The notes under the pieces were generated by a model that was not told the origin of the DNA, did no database searches, and worked only from the letters and a program-made list of their open reading frames with translations. The position numbers and the translations under genes are program-made. DNA of 63,371 nt, the filler included, from a bacterium (lineage in GTDB: Bacteria; JALSQH01), in the NCBI GenBank assembly GCA_026985515.1. It is 8 parts of 8 records of this genome, joined end to end, with 100 filler letters (N's around TTAATTAATTAA, not from the genome) between each part and the next. Parts side by side here need not be neighbours in the genome. Positions count along the whole stretch, not along the records: positions 17,932 to 35,753 come from JALSQH010000042.1; 7 more parts are not named here. One strand, written 5' to 3'. Of the stretch, positions 19,590 through 31,710 are shown piece by piece; positions within the stretch are counted from its first letter, which is position 1; each line of letters starts with the position of its first letter.

Positions 19590-20901
19590 CCCGTGGATTG
19601 AGGACTTTTCCGCCTTTGATCAGTGGATAAAACCTGTTCCTTTACTCAAGATTGCCAGATGGCTAAAGGATCACAATTTTGAAATTTACTTTGTGGATTG
19701 TCTTGACAGATCAATCTGGGGAGGAAAAACAAAAAAGTGGAACTCGGGAAAATTCAGGGAAACAGTGATAGAAAAACCGGATGTGTTATCCTTTGTTCCA
19801 CGCAAGTTCAGAATCTTCGGAGGAACACCGGGAGAGTGTTACAAGATTTTGAAAGACATTAAAGGAGTAAGTTATATTTTCACGGGGATTCCCATAACAT
19901 ACTGGTACACGGGTTTTTCAAAATTAACACACATTTTGAAAGAACTTTTTCCTGAAGCCATTATTGTTGCAGGGGGAAACTATGCCACCCTCCTGCCCAA
20001 ACATGCGGAGTCTCATTGTAAAATTGACCTGATTCTTACAGCCTCAAATTATAACGACTTAGAAAAAAAGATCTCCAGGTTGCTCGACTTTAAACCTGTA
20101 TCATCTCTGTTTGAGGCTTTTTCAGACCTTTCCTTCTATCCAAACAATAATAAAACTACCTCAATTCTCACCACTCAGGGATGCCCATTCAAATGCACTT
20201 ACTGTGCTGTACCCATTTTATACAGTGGAATCCACAGGAGGAGTGTAAAAAGTGTCATCTCCGAAATCACATACTTTGCCGCAGAGGGAATAGAGGATGT
20301 TGCATTTTTTGACGATGCACTTCTGGTAGATGGTGAAAGATACTTCAGAGAAATTCTTAAAGAAATTATCAAGAGAAAAATTCCACTGAGATTTCATCTT
20401 CCCAATGCAATTCACGCAAGGTACCTCACACAGGAAATAGCAGATCTAATGATGGAGGCAAATTTCAAAACAGTAAGAATTGGGGTGGAAAATATCGATG
20501 AAAATTTCTCTACCGTTACCGGAGGAAAAGTTAACGCAGTTATTCTGGAAAAGGCGGTTTCCTTTCTAAAAAAGGCGGGCTTCACACATGAGGAGGTGGG
20601 AGCCTATGTTATGTTTGGTGCCCCTGGAGAAGAGTTCGAATCGGTGAAAAGGAGCGTTGAGTTTGTGCACCACCTGGGTATAAAATCAATTCTTGTAACG
20701 TACTCACCTGTACCAGGCACCCCGGATTTCAAAAGATATGCCCAGAGTTTCCCAGAAATTTTAAGAGAACCTCTACTCCACAACAAAGTCATTCCCATGT
20801 ATATCCACAGGAGCGAATATGAATACTTAAAAAGATACTCAGATTCTCTGAACAGGAAACTGTTGTTATCCTCTACTTCCACCATTCATGGTGAAATTTG
20901 A
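19564..20901 (+). CDS. B12-binding-domain radical SAM protein
   Basis: NPWIEDF.A.D.W.KP, TYWY.G, GG.YATL, GCPFKCTYC (CxxxCxxC), FFDDALL, HLPNAIH. Confidence 0.88.
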   Translation: MRKKIFIVNPWIEDFSAFDQWIKPVPLLKIARWLKDHNFEIYFVDCLDRSIWGGKTKKWNSGKFRETVIEKPDVLSFVPRKFRIFGGTPGECYKILKDIKGVSYIFTGIPITYWYTGFSKLTHILKELFPEAIIVAGGNYATLLPKHAESHCKIDLILTASNYNDLEKKISRLLDFKPVSSLFEAFSDLSFYPNNNKTTSILTTQGCPFKCTYCAVPILYSGIHRRSVKSVISEITYFAAEGIEDVAFFDDALLVDGERYFREILKEIIKRKIPLRFHLPNAIHARYLTQEIADLMMEANFKTVRIGVENIDENFSTVTGGKVNAVILEKAVSFLKKAGFTHEEVGAYVMFGAPGEEFESVKRSVEFVHHLGIKSILVTYSPVPGTPDFKRYAQSFPEILREPLLHNKVIPMYIHRSEYEYLKRYSDSLNRKLLLSSTSTIHGEI

Positions 20902-21733
20902 GTGGCCAACTGTACCTGTCATAGATAAGGTCATGTTTCCATGGATTCCATTTTCCATTTTTGTAAAGTTCAAAAATATACACTGCAGTGGCATAATCTT
21001 CAATTTTAAAGTATAATTCCAGGTAGTTTTGAGGGCGTAAGTATTTTATTTTGTCAATCATTTCTTCCGCCTCGGCAATATTGCCATTGGCAAGATATAG
21101 ATCTTCAAGCAATAAATAATTCATTGAAAAATTCACAGAACATTCGACCGCTTTCAGGTAATAATTTTCTGCTCTGCTCATGTACACAGGAATAACCAAA
21201 CTTACTTTGTAATACATTCTACCCAGAGTGCGGTAAGGACCACCTTCAAGAGCGCAGCCACCCCCTAAATCTATCATCTTTTTATACTTCACTGCTGATT
21301 CTACAAATGTGGGTGCAGCATAAATTTCTTTATATGAAACATTGGCAAGATCTTTAAATACATAATACGCATATAAATAAAATGGTGACTTTTCCTGTAA
21401 ATACATTTTCCTTGCAAAAAATGAAGCAGCGTCAGCTATACTTTTTCTTTCCTCTCCCTTCGGGAGCTGTTCGTAGAGAATGTAACTATAAATAATAAGA
21501 TTTGCTGCGTTAATTTTATCTTCTTTGCTCCTGATAAGGTAATGTCTGTTCATGAAAAAATTAATGGCATTTTTAATCAATCCATTTACAATCGCTTTGC
21601 TTCTTAGATCTTTAAAGGAGAGGGGAAAATCTTCATCAATAGGTTTCAACATGTAGTACTTTTCTGGCGAGTATGATTCTGCAAAGAGAGCTCCTGTTAC
21701 CAGAAAAATTGTAACAAATAGAACTTTTTTCAT
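20873..21733 (-). CDS. Secreted hypothetical protein with TPR-like helices
   Basis: Likely start MKKVLFVTIFLVTGALFA (signal peptide); GGPYRTLGRMYY...AENYYLKAV resembles TPR/TatT-like repeats. Confidence 0.55.
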   Translation of the reverse strand: MKKVLFVTIFLVTGALFAESYSPEKYYMLKPIDEDFPLSFKDLRSKAIVNGLIKNAINFFMNRHYLIRSKEDKINAANLIIYSYILYEQLPKGEERKSIADAASFFARKMYLQEKSPFYLYAYYVFKDLANVSYKEIYAAPTFVESAVKYKKMIDLGGGCALEGGPYRTLGRMYYKVSLVIPVYMSRAENYYLKAVECSVNFSMNYLLLEDLYLANGNIAEAEEMIDKIKYLRPQNYLELYFKIEDYATAVYIFELYKNGKWNPWKHDLIYDRYSWPLKFHHEWWK

Positions 21734-21874
21734 TAGTGGCTCCATTTGAGTTTTTATCAATTTATCAAAAAAAAAAAGAAACAACAAGCCATTTTTTTCA
21801 AGAGTTCTTTTTTTCATTTTTTCTCTTGACTTTTACAAGAAATTGATATATAAGAGAAAAAAAGGAGGCAGGAG

Positions 21875-23032
21875 ATGAAAAGGATAATTTTTATTATTTT
21901 CCTTTCAATCCTCCTTGCCGGGCAACTTCCGGGGAGGGAGATCATAATAGGTGGACTTGTTGACCTGTCCGGTCCCACTTCAAAGGTGGGAGTGCCATAC
22001 TTTAAAGGAATAAGGGACTACTTCAATTTTGTTAACAAAGGAAATATTCTTCCCTGGGTCAAAATCAAGTTTATCTACGAAGACACAAAGTACAATCCAG
22101 AGAAGGCGGTTGCAGAGGCTAAAAAACTTATCAAAAAAGGTGCCGTGGCAATAATTGGCTGGGGAACGGGGAGCAGCTTCAAACTCAAACACTTGATGGA
22201 AAAGAGCAGGGTGGTATATATTCCCGCTTCTCTGTGTGGAGCACTACTGGAACCACCAGATAACCTCTACATCTTTCTTACTGCCTCAAGCTACGCCTCA
22301 GAAATAAACACGATCCTGAACTTTATCCACCATAGCAAAACTTACAGCCATTTATCTGTGGGAATTGTAACAAATCCTTCAGACTTTGGTATGAAGCCAA
22401 TGAAGTATGTTAATGAATATGCAAGGGGAAAGGTGCACATTGATTTTATTTATCCACTTTCTCTTCATCCACAGAAAAAGGATATTGATGAATTGAAAAA
22501 GGTTCTGGCAAAGTATAAATCTCCAATTATAATAGTTCATTCCGTTCCGGGACCCTTTGTTGCTGTTATTAACGCAACAAAGGAGATTCCCGATTACAAG
22601 CCACTGGCATTCTTTGGCACCTTTTACACCTATACCCACAGTATCATAGATAAAATCTCACCTGACCTGATTCCAAAAGTCTATACAATCAACCACTTTG
22701 CCCTCTGGTATGAAAATACCAGCGCTGACTCTGCCATGCTGAGGTACTTCTATGAGAAAAAATATCATTCTCTCAGGAGAGAGGTCTACTACACAGAGGG
22801 AATGGTAAATGCAATGATAATAACTCTCGCCCTCCAGAAAGTAAAAGGTGAAATTACTGGAGAATCACTCAGAAAGGCTCTTGAGTCATTCAGAAATGTA
22901 TCTACAAAAGGGATGACTCCTCCCATATCCTTCTCACCCACAGACCATGTGGCAGTTGAAAAGCTGAGGATTCTGAAAATCAACAGAAAAAAGAAGATCT
23001 TTGTTCCCATTACTGGCTGGGTGAAACCCTGA
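21875..23032 (+). CDS. ABC transporter substrate-binding protein (branched-chain amino acid / periplasmic binding protein type 1)
   Basis: Signal peptide; IGGLVDLSGPTS, EDTKYNP, IIGWGTG, ITGESLRKALE, PPISFSPTDH. Confidence 0.88.
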   Translation: MKRIIFIIFLSILLAGQLPGREIIIGGLVDLSGPTSKVGVPYFKGIRDYFNFVNKGNILPWVKIKFIYEDTKYNPEKAVAEAKKLIKKGAVAIIGWGTGSSFKLKHLMEKSRVVYIPASLCGALLEPPDNLYIFLTASSYASEINTILNFIHHSKTYSHLSVGIVTNPSDFGMKPMKYVNEYARGKVHIDFIYPLSLHPQKKDIDELKKVLAKYKSPIIIVHSVPGPFVAVINATKEIPDYKPLAFFGTFYTYTHSIIDKISPDLIPKVYTINHFALWYENTSADSAMLRYFYEKKYHSLRREVYYTEGMVNAMIITLALQKVKGEITGESLRKALESFRNVSTKGMTPPISFSPTDHVAVEKLRILKINRKKKIFVPITGWVKP

Positions 23033-23070
23033 AAATTGCATCACCCATCTTAAACTGTTAAAATAGAATT

Positions 23071-24381
23071 ATGCTTCAAACTTCAGAAGTGGCATCTGAA
23101 ACTGAAATTATGAGACAGGATAAGATTGTAACCATTCCCGATGAAGAATTCAGGAAAATCTATATTAAATCCACCTACGAGGTTGAAACAGAAGATGGAT
23201 GGACTCTCGTAATAACAAGATACAAGCCCCTGAAGCAGGACTTCGAGCAACCACTTTTTAACATCCCTCTTCTTCTTGTACATGGATTTTCTCAGAACAG
23301 ATTGACCTGGACATCAGGAGAATTCGTTAAAAACATGATTTTTTTTGGTGTAGATGTACACATTCTTGAACTTAGAGGACACGGCAGAAGCAGTGTGGAT
23401 CTGCAATACTTAAAGCACCATGAAGGGAAACCTCTTCCCAGAGATATTGACTACAACTGGAGTGTCGATTCATACTTTATGTACGATATTCCTGCGGCAA
23501 TAAAAGCAGTGAAAAGGGTAACCGGTTTCCCCAAAATATTCTACTGCGGACACAGTATGGGGGGTATGCTTGGTTACTGCTATGCATCAAAGTACCAGGA
23601 TGACCTTTATGGATTGATAACAATTGGCTCACCCGCGGAAATCGGTAAAAGTTCACTTCTTTTGAAACTTGGCAGCTATATGTTTCCCTTTTCTGCAGAA
23701 ATTATTGATCTCCTTGTTTCCTATGTAAATCTTAACAGGAAACTGAGCCACAGAATTGAAAAAACGAGGAAAAAAATCGTTAACATGATTAAAATCACAG
23801 GAAACATTATTCCTGAGGGGAAGGAAAAGGAGAAACCGGAGGAAATCACTTTCAACAATATTCCCATAGACGAGATTTTTAAAGAACTTGCCTCAATTGT
23901 GAGGAAGAGAAAAAATCTGATCAACAAACTACCTGACTACTTCCCCAAACTGTGGAATCCGGAAAAGGTGAATCTGGATGATCTTCTCTATCTTCTTGAA
24001 CATGGTGCCGAGAAGGAACCGAGAAAGGTGGTTGAGGAATTTTCCAGGTGGATCAGGAGAAATGAGTTCAAAATTTACACCATTAACTACGACTGCGTTG
24101 AAAATTTTAAAAACATTACCATTCCCATTGCAATTATTTTTGGAGATGAAGACCTCTTTGCAAATATCAGAAGCACCAAAAGGGCTTACAGGTCAGTCAG
24201 GAGTGACTATCTTCTCTGGAGGCCTGTGAGGGGAAACAGTCACATTGAACTTACCATGGGACTGGATATCAATCAGATAAGTTTTGACATCAAAAACCTG
24301 ATGGAGTATGCAATAAGAAATGAAAAAAACAGACTCAGAAAAGATAGCCCAGAGATTGAGAGAGCTGGAACAGGAAATTGA
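23071..24381 (+). CDS. Alpha/beta fold hydrolase
   Basis: LLLVHGFSQN, ELRGHG, GHSMGG nucleophile elbow, GDED, SHIEL. Confidence 0.85.
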   Translation: MLQTSEVASETEIMRQDKIVTIPDEEFRKIYIKSTYEVETEDGWTLVITRYKPLKQDFEQPLFNIPLLLVHGFSQNRLTWTSGEFVKNMIFFGVDVHILELRGHGRSSVDLQYLKHHEGKPLPRDIDYNWSVDSYFMYDIPAAIKAVKRVTGFPKIFYCGHSMGGMLGYCYASKYQDDLYGLITIGSPAEIGKSSLLLKLGSYMFPFSAEIIDLLVSYVNLNRKLSHRIEKTRKKIVNMIKITGNIIPEGKEKEKPEEITFNNIPIDEIFKELASIVRKRKNLINKLPDYFPKLWNPEKVNLDDLLYLLEHGAEKEPRKVVEEFSRWIRRNEFKIYTINYDCVENFKNITIPIAIIFGDEDLFANIRSTKRAYRSVRSDYLLWRPVRGNSHIELTMGLDINQISFDIKNLMEYAIRNEKNRLRKDSPEIERAGTGN

Positions 24382-24913
24382 GAGATTGATCTACGAATAT
24401 GACCAGTTCTTTCTGGGATTCATCAGAGTTGAACCTCTGCAGAGGAGGAAAAAAGTTGAAAAGATGATCAGAGATCTCATGGATACCTACATAGCAAATG
24501 CAACATTGAAATTCAAGCTTCAAAATCTCCGTCAGCGTTACGCCACATACAGGGAAAAATGGGATAGATACCTTCGTCAGATGGAGGAGGGCACCTTCGT
24601 GAGAGATGTGATAAGAGCAAAGAAAAAGGGGTTGATTGATGAAACAGAGGCAAGGAGAAAACTCTCCCAGGATGCAGTATCCAGGATGAAACTGGCGGAA
24701 GAGGCTGCGAAAAAAAGCGAAGATCCCTACAAACCCCTCTTTCAGGAATATGTGAAAATTAAAGGAAATGTGAATATTGACTATGAAAAATGGAAAAGGA
24801 AACTTGAACAGGAAAAGAAAAAGTTACTTCAGAAGACAAAGGCAAAGGATATAGAATTCCGAGTAGTAGAAGTAAATGGGAAGCCCAAGATAAAGGCAAT
24901 TCCCAAGAGATAA
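24320..24913 (+). CDS. MXAN_5187 C-terminal-domain-like protein
   Basis: L...YDQFFLG..R.EP...R, N..LKFK...L..RY..Y...W.R.LR..EEG and terminal FRVVEVNGKPKIKA.P pattern recognised from this myxobacterial family. Confidence 0.7.
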   Translation: MKKTDSEKIAQRLRELEQEIERLIYEYDQFFLGFIRVEPLQRRKKVEKMIRDLMDTYIANATLKFKLQNLRQRYATYREKWDRYLRQMEEGTFVRDVIRAKKKGLIDETEARRKLSQDAVSRMKLAEEAAKKSEDPYKPLFQEYVKIKGNVNIDYEKWKRKLEQEKKKLLQKTKAKDIEFRVVEVNGKPKIKAIPKR

Positions 24914-24915
24914 AC

Positions 24916-25317
24916 CTATCTGTACTTTGAAGCCTGCAATTTTGCAAGGGCTCTTTTAAGAGCCACCTCTATTTCCAGTAACTTCTTCTGATCAAGGCTG
25001 CCCTTTTCTATTTCCTCCTCCGCTTTTTTCAATTCCCTTTCAGCCTGCTCTATGTCTATTTCTTCGCCTTTCTCACCGTAAGGAGTGAGGATTTTAACCA
25101 CATCATCCTTTATCTCAACTATACCTCCTGAGATAAAAGCAGCCCTCAATTTGTCGTAATTTGCCTCCTTATACACCACAACACCAATATCAAGTTCCGA
25201 GATGAGATGGGTATGACCGGGCAGTATGCCCATCTCTCCCAGCTTTCCCGGAAGAGTAACCTCATCAACATTTTCCTCAATCAGAGTTTTTGCTGGAGTC
25301 AGAATAAGAAGTTCCAC
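24916..25317 (-). CDS. atpC: F1 ATP synthase epsilon subunit
   Basis: ILTP, LPG..GEMGILPGH, ISGG; last gene of the atp operon. Confidence 0.93.
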   Translation of the reverse strand: MELLILTPAKTLIEENVDEVTLPGKLGEMGILPGHTHLISELDIGVVVYKEANYDKLRAAFISGGIVEIKDDVVKILTPYGEKGEEIDIEQAERELKKAEEEIEKGSLDQKKLLEIEVALKRALAKLQASKYR

Positions 25318-25332
25318 AATGTCACCTCCATA

Positions 25333-27613
<2,281 letters not shown>

Positions 27614-27614
<1 letters not shown>

Positions 27615-29149
27615 TACACCTCCGCAGATGGCTGAAAAATTGAATTGAACTCCTCAAGGATTTTCCTCAATTCCTCATCTATCTCTGAGGTGAGCTGTTT
27701 TTCCTTTGCTATTTTTTCCAGAATGTCAGGGTGTTTTTCATCCAGGAATGTGTAGAGTTCCTTTTCATACCTTCTCACATCCTCAACAGGGATTGAATCA
27801 AGAAACCCTCTTGTACCGGCGTAAATGATCACAATCTGCTTTTCAACTGGAAGAGGTGCATACTGATCCTGCTTGAGAACCTCCTGAAGTCTCTTTCCCC
27901 TTTCAAGCTGAGCCAGTGTAGCCTTATCAAGGTCAGAACCGAACTGTGCAAAGGCAGCCAGCTCTCTGTACTGAGCCATTTCAAGCCTCAAGGAGCCTGC
28001 CACCTGCTTCATTGCCTTGATCTGGGCTGCACCTCCAACCCTCGAAACAGAGATACCTACATTAATGGCAGGCCTGATACCTGCATAAAAGAGGTCAGGC
28101 TCCAGGTAGATCTGACCATCCGTGATGGAGATAACATTTGTGGGAATATACGCAGAAACATCTCCCGCCTGAGTTTCAATGATGGGAAGAGCTGTGAGCG
28201 AACCACCTCCCATCTCGTCACTCATCTTTGCAGCCCTTTCAAGCAACCTTGAATGGAGATAGAAAACATCTCCAGGGTAAGCCTCTCGACCAGGTGGCCT
28301 TCTCAAAAGCAGTGACAACTGCCTGTAGGCAACGGCGTGTTTTGAAAGGTCATCGTAAACAATCAGTGCGTGCATCCCATTATCCCTGAAGTACTCACCC
28401 ATTGCTGCACCGGCATAAGGTGCAATATACTGAAGTGTGGCGGGATCTGAAGCTGTGGCAGCCACGACTATTGTGTATTCAAGTGCACCAAACTGCTTCA
28501 ATTTATCCACAACCTGTGCAACTGTGGACCTCTTCTGTCCAATGGCAACATAGATACAGTAAACAGGTGAATCTGTCTGATGTGTGTATTTCTGATTGAT
28601 AATTGTATCAATGGCAATGGCGGTTTTACCCGTCTGCCTGTCACCAATTATCAGCTCTCTCTGTCCTCTTCCGATGGGGATCATCGCGTCAATGGCTTTT
28701 AACCCTGTCTGGAGTGGTTCTTTAACAGGTTGTCTGTAAACTATACCGGGTGCCTTAACTTCAATTCTTCTGTATTCCTCGGCCTTGATCTCTCCACCAC
28801 CATCAATGGGCATTCCAAGAGCATTCACAACTCTACCCAGCAGAGCTTTACCAACAGGCACCTGAATGATCCTTCCCGTTCTCTTTACAATATCTCCTTC
28901 CTTGATGTGAATATCCTCACCAAGGATGGCCACACCTACATTATCCTCCTCCAGATTGAGGACCATTCCATAAATACCGTTGGGAAATTCCACAAGCTCA
29001 CTGGCCATAACCTTGTCAAGTCCATAAACACGGGCTATTCCGTCACCAACTGAGAGAACGACACCCGTTTCTTCAAGATCAACTTCCTTTTCAAATTTCT
29101 CAATCTGCTCCCTGATAATCCTGCTAATTTCTTCTGCTCTTAACTGCAT
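27614..29149 (-). CDS. atpA: F1 ATP synthase alpha subunit
   Basis: [45 protein letters not shown]. Confidence 0.98.
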
Positions 29150-29690
29150 GGTTTACCTCTTCCCCTTTTTTGATTATTTGGTTAATTTCGTTGAGATACC
29201 TTCTCAGTGTGGCATTAATAACCAGATCCTCAAACTTTATCAATACTCCACCCAGGATAGAGGGTTCAACCTTTACCTTAAGGTCAACCTTCGCCTCCGT
29301 TATTTTTGAGAGAGCTTCCTCAATCCTCTTCATCATCTCTTCCGAAATTTCTTCAGCAACAACAACCTCCACAGGCACGATATTTTTCTTCTGCAGATTG
29401 AGGAATTTTACATACTCACCTATCTCTGGCAGAAAAAGAATCCTGCCCTTCTTCAAAAGTAAAAGAAAAAAATTCCTCAACTCCTCCCTCATCCCCTCTG
29501 CCAGTTCTTCAAGAAATTTCTTCTTGTTTTCAAATTTAATTAACGGATTTTTGAAAAACTCTTTTGTTTCATCTGCTTGAAATATTGGCGAAATTTCATC
29601 AAAAATTCTGATCAAATCCTCAACAAATCCCTTCTCTTCAGCCAGCTGAAATATTGCCAGACCATACCTTTTTGCAACAGGGGAAACCAT
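29124..29690 (-). CDS. atpH: ATP synthase delta subunit
   Basis: VAKRY..A, NP, PSILGG; positioned between b and alpha. Confidence 0.9.
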   Translation of the reverse strand: MVSPVAKRYGLAIFQLAEEKGFVEDLIRIFDEISPIFQADETKEFFKNPLIKFENKKKFLEELAEGMREELRNFFLLLLKKGRILFLPEIGEYVKFLNLQKKNIVPVEVVVAEEISEEMMKRIEEALSKITEAKVDLKVKVEPSILGGVLIKFEDLVINATLRRYLNEINQIIKKGEEVNHAVKSRRN

Positions 29691-29693
29691 CTA

Positions 29694-30242
29694 CTACTTC
29701 TCCTTGAGCCTATTTATTACATCTTCAACAAGTTTTGCCTGAAGATCTCCATTCAGCAGTTTTTTTATACTTTCCTCGGCGCTCTTCGTTACGAGTTCGG
29801 CAATTTCTTCCCTTAACTTCTCAACTGCCCGGTCAACTTCCTGTTCAGCTATCTTTTTTGCATCTTCCTTCATCTTAATTGCATAGGATTCAGCGGCTCT
29901 GAGCATTTCCTCAACTTCTTTCTCTTCAGCCCTTACGGTGTACTCCTTTATCTCCTCTATTTTTTCATCTATTCTATCCATAAGCTCTCTGTATTTCTGA
30001 AGTTCCTGCTTTGTTTCCTCCAGGAATTTAGCAGATTCTTCCATTTCCTTTTCCAGTGTTTTTCGACGATTTTTAAAGAAATCAAGGGTGGGTTTCTTTA
30101 AAAAGTAGTAGAGCAAACCCACATAGATGAGAAAGTTCACCACCGTGAACCAGAAATATTTGTTGAAAAAAGACTCACCTTCGCTCCCAAAAAGAAGTGC
30201 AGGAAACATAAACAGGATAAAAATAAAAACTCTCTTCATCAT
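29694..30242 (-). CDS. atpF: ATP synthase F0 subunit b
   Basis: N-terminal TM (VVNFLIYVGLLYYFLKKP) plus coiled coil; operon position. Confidence 0.85.
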   Translation of the reverse strand: MMKRVFIFILFMFPALLFGSEGESFFNKYFWFTVVNFLIYVGLLYYFLKKPTLDFFKNRRKTLEKEMEESAKFLEETKQELQKYRELMDRIDEKIEEIKEYTVRAEEKEVEEMLRAAESYAIKMKEDAKKIAEQEVDRAVEKLREEIAELVTKSAEESIKKLLNGDLQAKLVEDVINRLKEK

Positions 30243-30243
30243 C

Positions 30244-30663
30244 TCATCCCGGTAGCAGTTTCTTAACCACAAGTTCTGTGAGTTCCGGTATTTTTTTCAA
30301 AAGTTCTTCCCTTATTTCTCCAGCATGAGAAACTATTTCACTTCTTATTTCCTCAATTATTTTCTGTGCTTCCTCCTTGGCTTTTGAGATTATCTCAGCC
30401 TGTTTCATCAAACCTTCCTGATGAATTTTATCCTTCAGTATCTTTGCTTCTCTATTTGCCTCATCAATTGCATTCTGATACTTTACCCTCAACTCCTTGA
30501 TCTCTTCAAGAAGCATCTCCGCTTCTTTCCTCTTACCATCAATCAGGGCTTCTCTGTTCTTCAAATACTCCAGAGAGGGCCTGAATAAAAATTTTGAAAG
30601 AAAGAAATACGCAATCAAAAAGGGAATAAATTGATATAACAGAGTAATATCAACCTTCAGCAC
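30244..30663 (-). CDS. ATP synthase F0 subunit b'
   Basis: DITLLYQ...FLFRP...RE..I.G plus coiled coil; first gene of the operon. Confidence 0.85.
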   Translation of the reverse strand: MLKVDITLLYQFIPFLIAYFFLSKFLFRPSLEYLKNREALIDGKRKEAEMLLEEIKELRVKYQNAIDEANREAKILKDKIHQEGLMKQAEIISKAKEEAQKIIEEIRSEIVSHAGEIREELLKKIPELTELVVKKLLPG

Positions 30664-30715
30664 TGTAGCATTACCTCTTTTTAAATTGAAAAGGGATTCA
30701 AAATTTTGGTTTTAT

Positions 30716-30811
30716 TGTTTACCACAAAGAGAAAAAATTGTCAAGCATCTAAAAGGAAAGCATTTTTTCGGCGGAGAAAATCTTGACATTTAAACCATTT
30801 TTGGCTAACCT
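30716..30811. promoter_or_regulatory. Divergent sigma70-type promoters (atp operon on -, khpA on +)
   Basis: Minus strand TTGACA-17-TAAACA (30744-30716); plus strand TTGACA-17-TAACCT (30783-30811). Confidence 0.5.
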
Positions 30812-30848
30812 TAAAGTAGCTAACATACTTTTTGTGCGGGGGTTTAAG

Positions 30849-31079
30849 ATGAAGGATCTTGTTGAAAGAATTGCAAAGATGCTGGTTGATCACCCAGACC
30901 AGGTTGAGGTGAGGGAGACAAAGGGGGATAAGACCGTCGTGCTGGAATTAAAAGTAGCAAAGGAGGATGTAGGGAAAATAATAGGTAAAAAAGGAGCACA
31001 CGCCCAGGCTATTAGAACTCTCCTTGCAGCTGCATCTGGAAAGGACAACAAAAAGTACACACTGGAAATAATTGATTGA
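30849..31079 (+). CDS. khpA: KH domain RNA-binding protein (KhpA family)
   Basis: MKDLVE.IAK.LVDHPDQV, V...DVGKIIGKKG...AIRTLL; 76 aa from ATG 30849. Confidence 0.9.
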   Translation: MKDLVERIAKMLVDHPDQVEVRETKGDKTVVLELKVAKEDVGKIIGKKGAHAQAIRTLLAAASGKDNKKYTLEIID

Positions 31080-31140
31080 AGGGGTGCTCCTTAACTCTTA
31101 AATTCTGAGACTTCTTCCATAAAATTGAAGAGGGAGAGAA

Positions 31141-31710
31141 ATGGTAACCAAAAGACTTTACTGTCCAAGTTGTGGTGTTGATGTAGATGCAGTGCCTCTT
31201 ACCATTGAGGGGAAGGTTGCCTGGCAGTGTCCCATCTGCGGATTGATTCTTCAGGAAGATGAAACACAGCAACCTTCAATGAAAATTCTTGAAAAAGTTA
31301 TAGTGGCTGAAGATTCAGATACAGTTGCCAGTTTAATAAAAAAAGTTCTTCTTAACAAAAAGTATGCACAGGATGTGGTACTGACTTCCAACGGTGTGGA
31401 ATTCATCAGTGCAGTTACAGAATCACTGAAGAATGGAGAGAATATTGATCTTGTAATACTGGATGTGGAGATGCCCATCCTTAACGGCATACAGGCTGCT
31501 CTTTCTTTCAGGGAACTTGAGAAAAAAGCGGGGAGAGGAAGGAAAACACCAATTCTTTTCTTCACTGGAAGGCCAGCTGATGAAAAATTCAAAATGATAA
31601 TGAAGAGGGTACAGCCGTCAAGTTATGTGAATAAGGGAACAAGTCAGAATCCACTTGATCTAATGAAAAGAATGGAAAAGGTAATGAGAATACTTTTGCA
31701 ATCACTATGA
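31141..31710 (+). CDS. Response regulator receiver with N-terminal zinc ribbon
   Basis: CPSC...CPIC, then VAEDS, LDVEMP (phospho-Asp), FFTG, NKG; no output domain. Confidence 0.85.
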   Translation: MVTKRLYCPSCGVDVDAVPLTIEGKVAWQCPICGLILQEDETQQPSMKILEKVIVAEDSDTVASLIKKVLLNKKYAQDVVLTSNGVEFISAVTESLKNGENIDLVILDVEMPILNGIQAALSFRELEKKAGRGRKTPILFFTGRPADEKFKMIMKRVQPSSYVNKGTSQNPLDLMKRMEKVMRILLQSL

